Part shown: in pieces, positions 61,439-64,000 of the stretch
Layout: the number at the start of each line of letters is the position of its first letter
How positions within the stretch are numbered: the stretch's first letter is position 1
Source: Gammaproteobacteria bacterium
Lineage (GTDB): Bacteria > Pseudomonadota > Gammaproteobacteria > Eutrophobiales > Eutrophobiaceae
Assembly (NCBI GenBank): GCA_963422205.2
Contig: CAXMWX010000001.1
Span: forward strand, 160,001-224,000
Direction of reading: 5' to 3'
DNA length: 64,000 nt
Program-made: the position numbers and the translations under genes
The notes under the pieces: generated by a model
What the model was told of the DNA's origin: nothing
The model's database searches: none
Seen by the model: only the letters and a program-made list of their open reading frames with translations

Positions 61439-62353
61439 ATGAACAAAGTACGGTTTCATGCCTTTATGGCGAGTTTGATTGTCTGTTTTTGTATAGATTC
61501 TGTCAAGGCTGAACCGGTAGATTACCTGCAAACCCCGTCCGGCCTGTTTGTCTTGTTCGATACCCACAGGCTGTATTACGACTGCCGGGGGGAGGGCAGG
61601 CCCACTGTCCTGATCGATGGCGGCATCGGTGATTCCTCGGCCAACTGGCTTGGCATCCAGCAGGCGGTTGCCCGCCATACCCGGGTGTGCGTGTACGACC
61701 GGGCGGGCTACGGGATGAGCGATGCCGGGCCCGGGCCACGCAGCACCGAGATAATAGTCAGCGAATTACACCGGTTGCTGGCAATCGCCGGACTTAAGCC
61801 GCCCTATGTGCTGGTCGGGCAGTCCTTCGGCGGCTTCACAGCACAGTTATTTGCCAGGCGATATCCAGAGCAGACAGTCGCCCTGGTGTTGGTTGACTCA
61901 TCACATCCTGAACAGGTTGAACGGCTGGCGGCGCTGGACAGCCTGCCGGATGATGAACGGGTCATCATCACCGGCCATGATCCGGATTTATCAGCCAGCC
62001 TGACGCCCCGGCAGCGCCAGTGGAACATCTTGAACACCCGGCGCAAGGCCATTGTCGCGCAGATGGATGAGCTGCGGCATTTCGCCAGGAGTGCAGCGGA
62101 GGTGAGCCAAGCCGGGCCGGTGACCGGCATGCCCGTCATCGTCTTGACCCGGGGGATAGCGCAGCTACCTGAACTGGCCGATGGCCGCTCTATGGAGCAA
62201 GAGTGGCGCTTGATGCAGCGCCAGCTTGTCAGTCAGCATCCGCTGAGCCGGCAGAGAGTGGTGCCAGATGCCGGCCATAATATTCACATGGAACAACCCG
62301 AGGCGGTAAGCCAGGCCATTGTCGAGCTGCTGGATACGCTGGCTGAGCATTAG
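61439..62353 (+). CDS. Exported alpha/beta hydrolase
   Basis: Signal-like N-terminus, YDRAGYG, GQSFGG nucleophile elbow, AGHNIH. Confidence 0.88.
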   Translation: MNKVRFHAFMASLIVCFCIDSVKAEPVDYLQTPSGLFVLFDTHRLYYDCRGEGRPTVLIDGGIGDSSANWLGIQQAVARHTRVCVYDRAGYGMSDAGPGPRSTEIIVSELHRLLAIAGLKPPYVLVGQSFGGFTAQLFARRYPEQTVALVLVDSSHPEQVERLAALDSLPDDERVIITGHDPDLSASLTPRQRQWNILNTRRKAIVAQMDELRHFARSAAEVSQAGPVTGMPVIVLTRGIAQLPELADGRSMEQEWRLMQRQLVSQHPLSRQRVVPDAGHNIHMEQPEAVSQAIVELLDTLAEH

Positions 62354-62392
62354 CTGGCTTTCGCTTGTGCGGGCAGGGCGGGAACGAGTAGT

Positions 62393-63664
62393 ATGAATCC
62401 TGCCATGAGACTGAGACGATGCCTGCCGGGGTTTTTCCTGCTGCTTTTTGCCGGGCAAATTCACGCCGATACAACACCGCATGAGGCGGATGCCACCGCC
62501 CGGCAGACCTTGTCTCGCTACCAGAAATTGCAGGTGCAGACGGCCGCAGTACATGGGGTCTATGATGTGGCGAATCTGGAGCTGCTCATCCGCATCGGTC
62601 AGCTACAGCAGTCACTGGGCCAACACCCCGATGCCATCACGGCGTTCTCGCAGGCGATACAAATCATCAAGGTCAACAACGGCCTGTATGCCCGCCAGCA
62701 ATTACCGGTGGTGGAGCGGCTGCTTGACAGTCTGCATGTGCTGAACGATGAGCAGGCACTCAGGCGCTATTACGCCTATCTGCTATGGGTCTACAAACGC
62801 CATTATGCTGATGATAACGCCAGCGTGCTGCCCATCATCAAAAGAGTAGGGCAGTGGTATTATGAACTGTACGATTTCAGCCCGCCCGGCAGCGACCTGG
62901 AGCCGTTGGTGGCGGCGGACAGCTTGTACGATGAGGCCTTGGCGTTCACAGAGGCGGGGCTGGATGACAGGGTCATGCTGCTGTACCGCCGGGCGCTGGT
63001 CAATTACCGTCTGGCCGAGGCCGTGATGGATCATACATTCTCCCATCGTGAAATTCGTGCCGCCATGCTGGCACATAAACGCAGCTCGCCCTATGTGCAT
63101 GAGATTGCGGTCAGGCAGTATTTTTTCGATCAGAGTTTTTTCAAAGCCCGGCGGGCGATTGAGCAGATTATTGCACTCTATGAGCGCAGATTGCCGGACA
63201 GTGCAGTGGCCTATGCCGAGGCGCTGGTGTTTCTGGCGGACGGGCATCATCTGTTGAGGCGCACCTGGAATGCCGATAAGTATTACCGACAAGCCTATGC
63301 TGTGCTGCTGGAGAATCAGGCCGGGGATGAGGCCATCCGGCAGATCTTCGGCAAGCCCGTGCCGATTGACCCCCCGCTGCTGCCGGGCGAGGCCCGGCAG
63401 CAGCCGGCCAGGACAGCGACTTATGTGGATGCCTTGCTTGATGTGCCGGTCAGCGGCTGGCCGACCAATATACGAATCGTGCAGCCAGGCCCAGCCACCA
63501 ACGGCTCGGACAGCGATGATCTGTTACACGCACGTGCCAGGCAGGCCATTGCCGCCCTGCGTTACCGCCCCCGTTATGTCAAGAGTGAAGCCGTGGCCAC
63601 CTCAGATGTGAAATTACGCTTTGTATTTAAGCAGACAACGGCACCAGGGCGGTTACATTTCTGA
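62393..63664 (+). CDS. Exported TPR-like helical protein with a TonB C-terminal-like end
   Basis: Signal peptide, helical repeats, C-terminal RYRPRYV..V...VKLRFVF resembling TonB_C. Confidence 0.6.
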   Translation: MNPAMRLRRCLPGFFLLLFAGQIHADTTPHEADATARQTLSRYQKLQVQTAAVHGVYDVANLELLIRIGQLQQSLGQHPDAITAFSQAIQIIKVNNGLYARQQLPVVERLLDSLHVLNDEQALRRYYAYLLWVYKRHYADDNASVLPIIKRVGQWYYELYDFSPPGSDLEPLVAADSLYDEALAFTEAGLDDRVMLLYRRALVNYRLAEAVMDHTFSHREIRAAMLAHKRSSPYVHEIAVRQYFFDQSFFKARRAIEQIIALYERRLPDSAVAYAEALVFLADGHHLLRRTWNADKYYRQAYAVLLENQAGDEAIRQIFGKPVPIDPPLLPGEARQQPARTATYVDALLDVPVSGWPTNIRIVQPGPATNGSDSDDLLHARARQAIAALRYRPRYVKSEAVATSDVKLRFVFKQTTAPGRLHF

Positions 63665-63757
63665 TTTTCCGGCATTTAACCCCCTCTGCCTTCAATAAAG
63701 TATTGAAAATCATCTCAATACTGCTAGTATTTGCTGAAAATTACGGGGACTGTATAA

Positions 63758-64000
63758 ATGATATTCGGCAAGTTATTCGGTAAGCAGGATGCAGCTCCTG
63801 CTGTAGATGTTGGCGCCCTGAAGCAGCAACTCTCGCAGTTGAAAGGGCAGAATACCAAGCTGATAGAGCATAACAAGATGATGATTGCGGCACTGGAGTT
63901 CTATGCTGACAAAAAAAGCTGGGAGGAAGGGCATAAGTACCGTGATGATGATGATGCCACCATCTTTGCCGATAATTCCGAATCAGCCATCACAGCAGAT
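63758..64000 (+). CDS. Hypothetical protein, runs off the window
   Basis: Open frame of 81 codons (MIFGKLFGKQ...ALEFYAD...) after a GGGGA RBS. Confidence 0.55.
   Translation, partial: MIFGKLFGKQDAAPAVDVGALKQQLSQLKGQNTKLIEHNKMMIAALEFYADKKSWEEGHKYRDDDDATIFADNSESAITAD

Overview
A GC-rich gammaproteobacterial chromosomal segment, mostly housekeeping genes: a hybrid histidine kinase, tauE, cysD-cysNC, tRNA-Arg(CCT), folA, apaGH, comM, ubiK, an NtrC/sigma54-type torF-glnK-glnK-amtB nitrogen locus, aroE, dctQM, lptD-surA-pdxA-rsmA, an RND pump, rnfABCDG, metG, apbC, dcd, cysG, msrB, mltF, egtD and addBA-like genes. One accessory island of about 11 kb (39.0-50.0 kb) is a type I restriction-modification operon carrying cargo. 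It holds two HEPN-MNT toxin-antitoxin pairs, the second antitoxin fused in frame to HsdS. It also holds a Kiwa anti-phage system, a RAYT transposase carrying its own REP palindromes in frame, and seven copies of a second hairpin repeat inserted in frame in hsdM and hsdR. Short duplicates of the hsdS end and hsdR start sit at cargo junctions. Outside the island, the Rnf operon lacks rnfE and its RnfA has both Fe-S cysteines changed to serine. Three single-base frameshifts (comM, torF, dctQ) may be sequencing errors. All calls come from reading motifs by eye; no database search was run.
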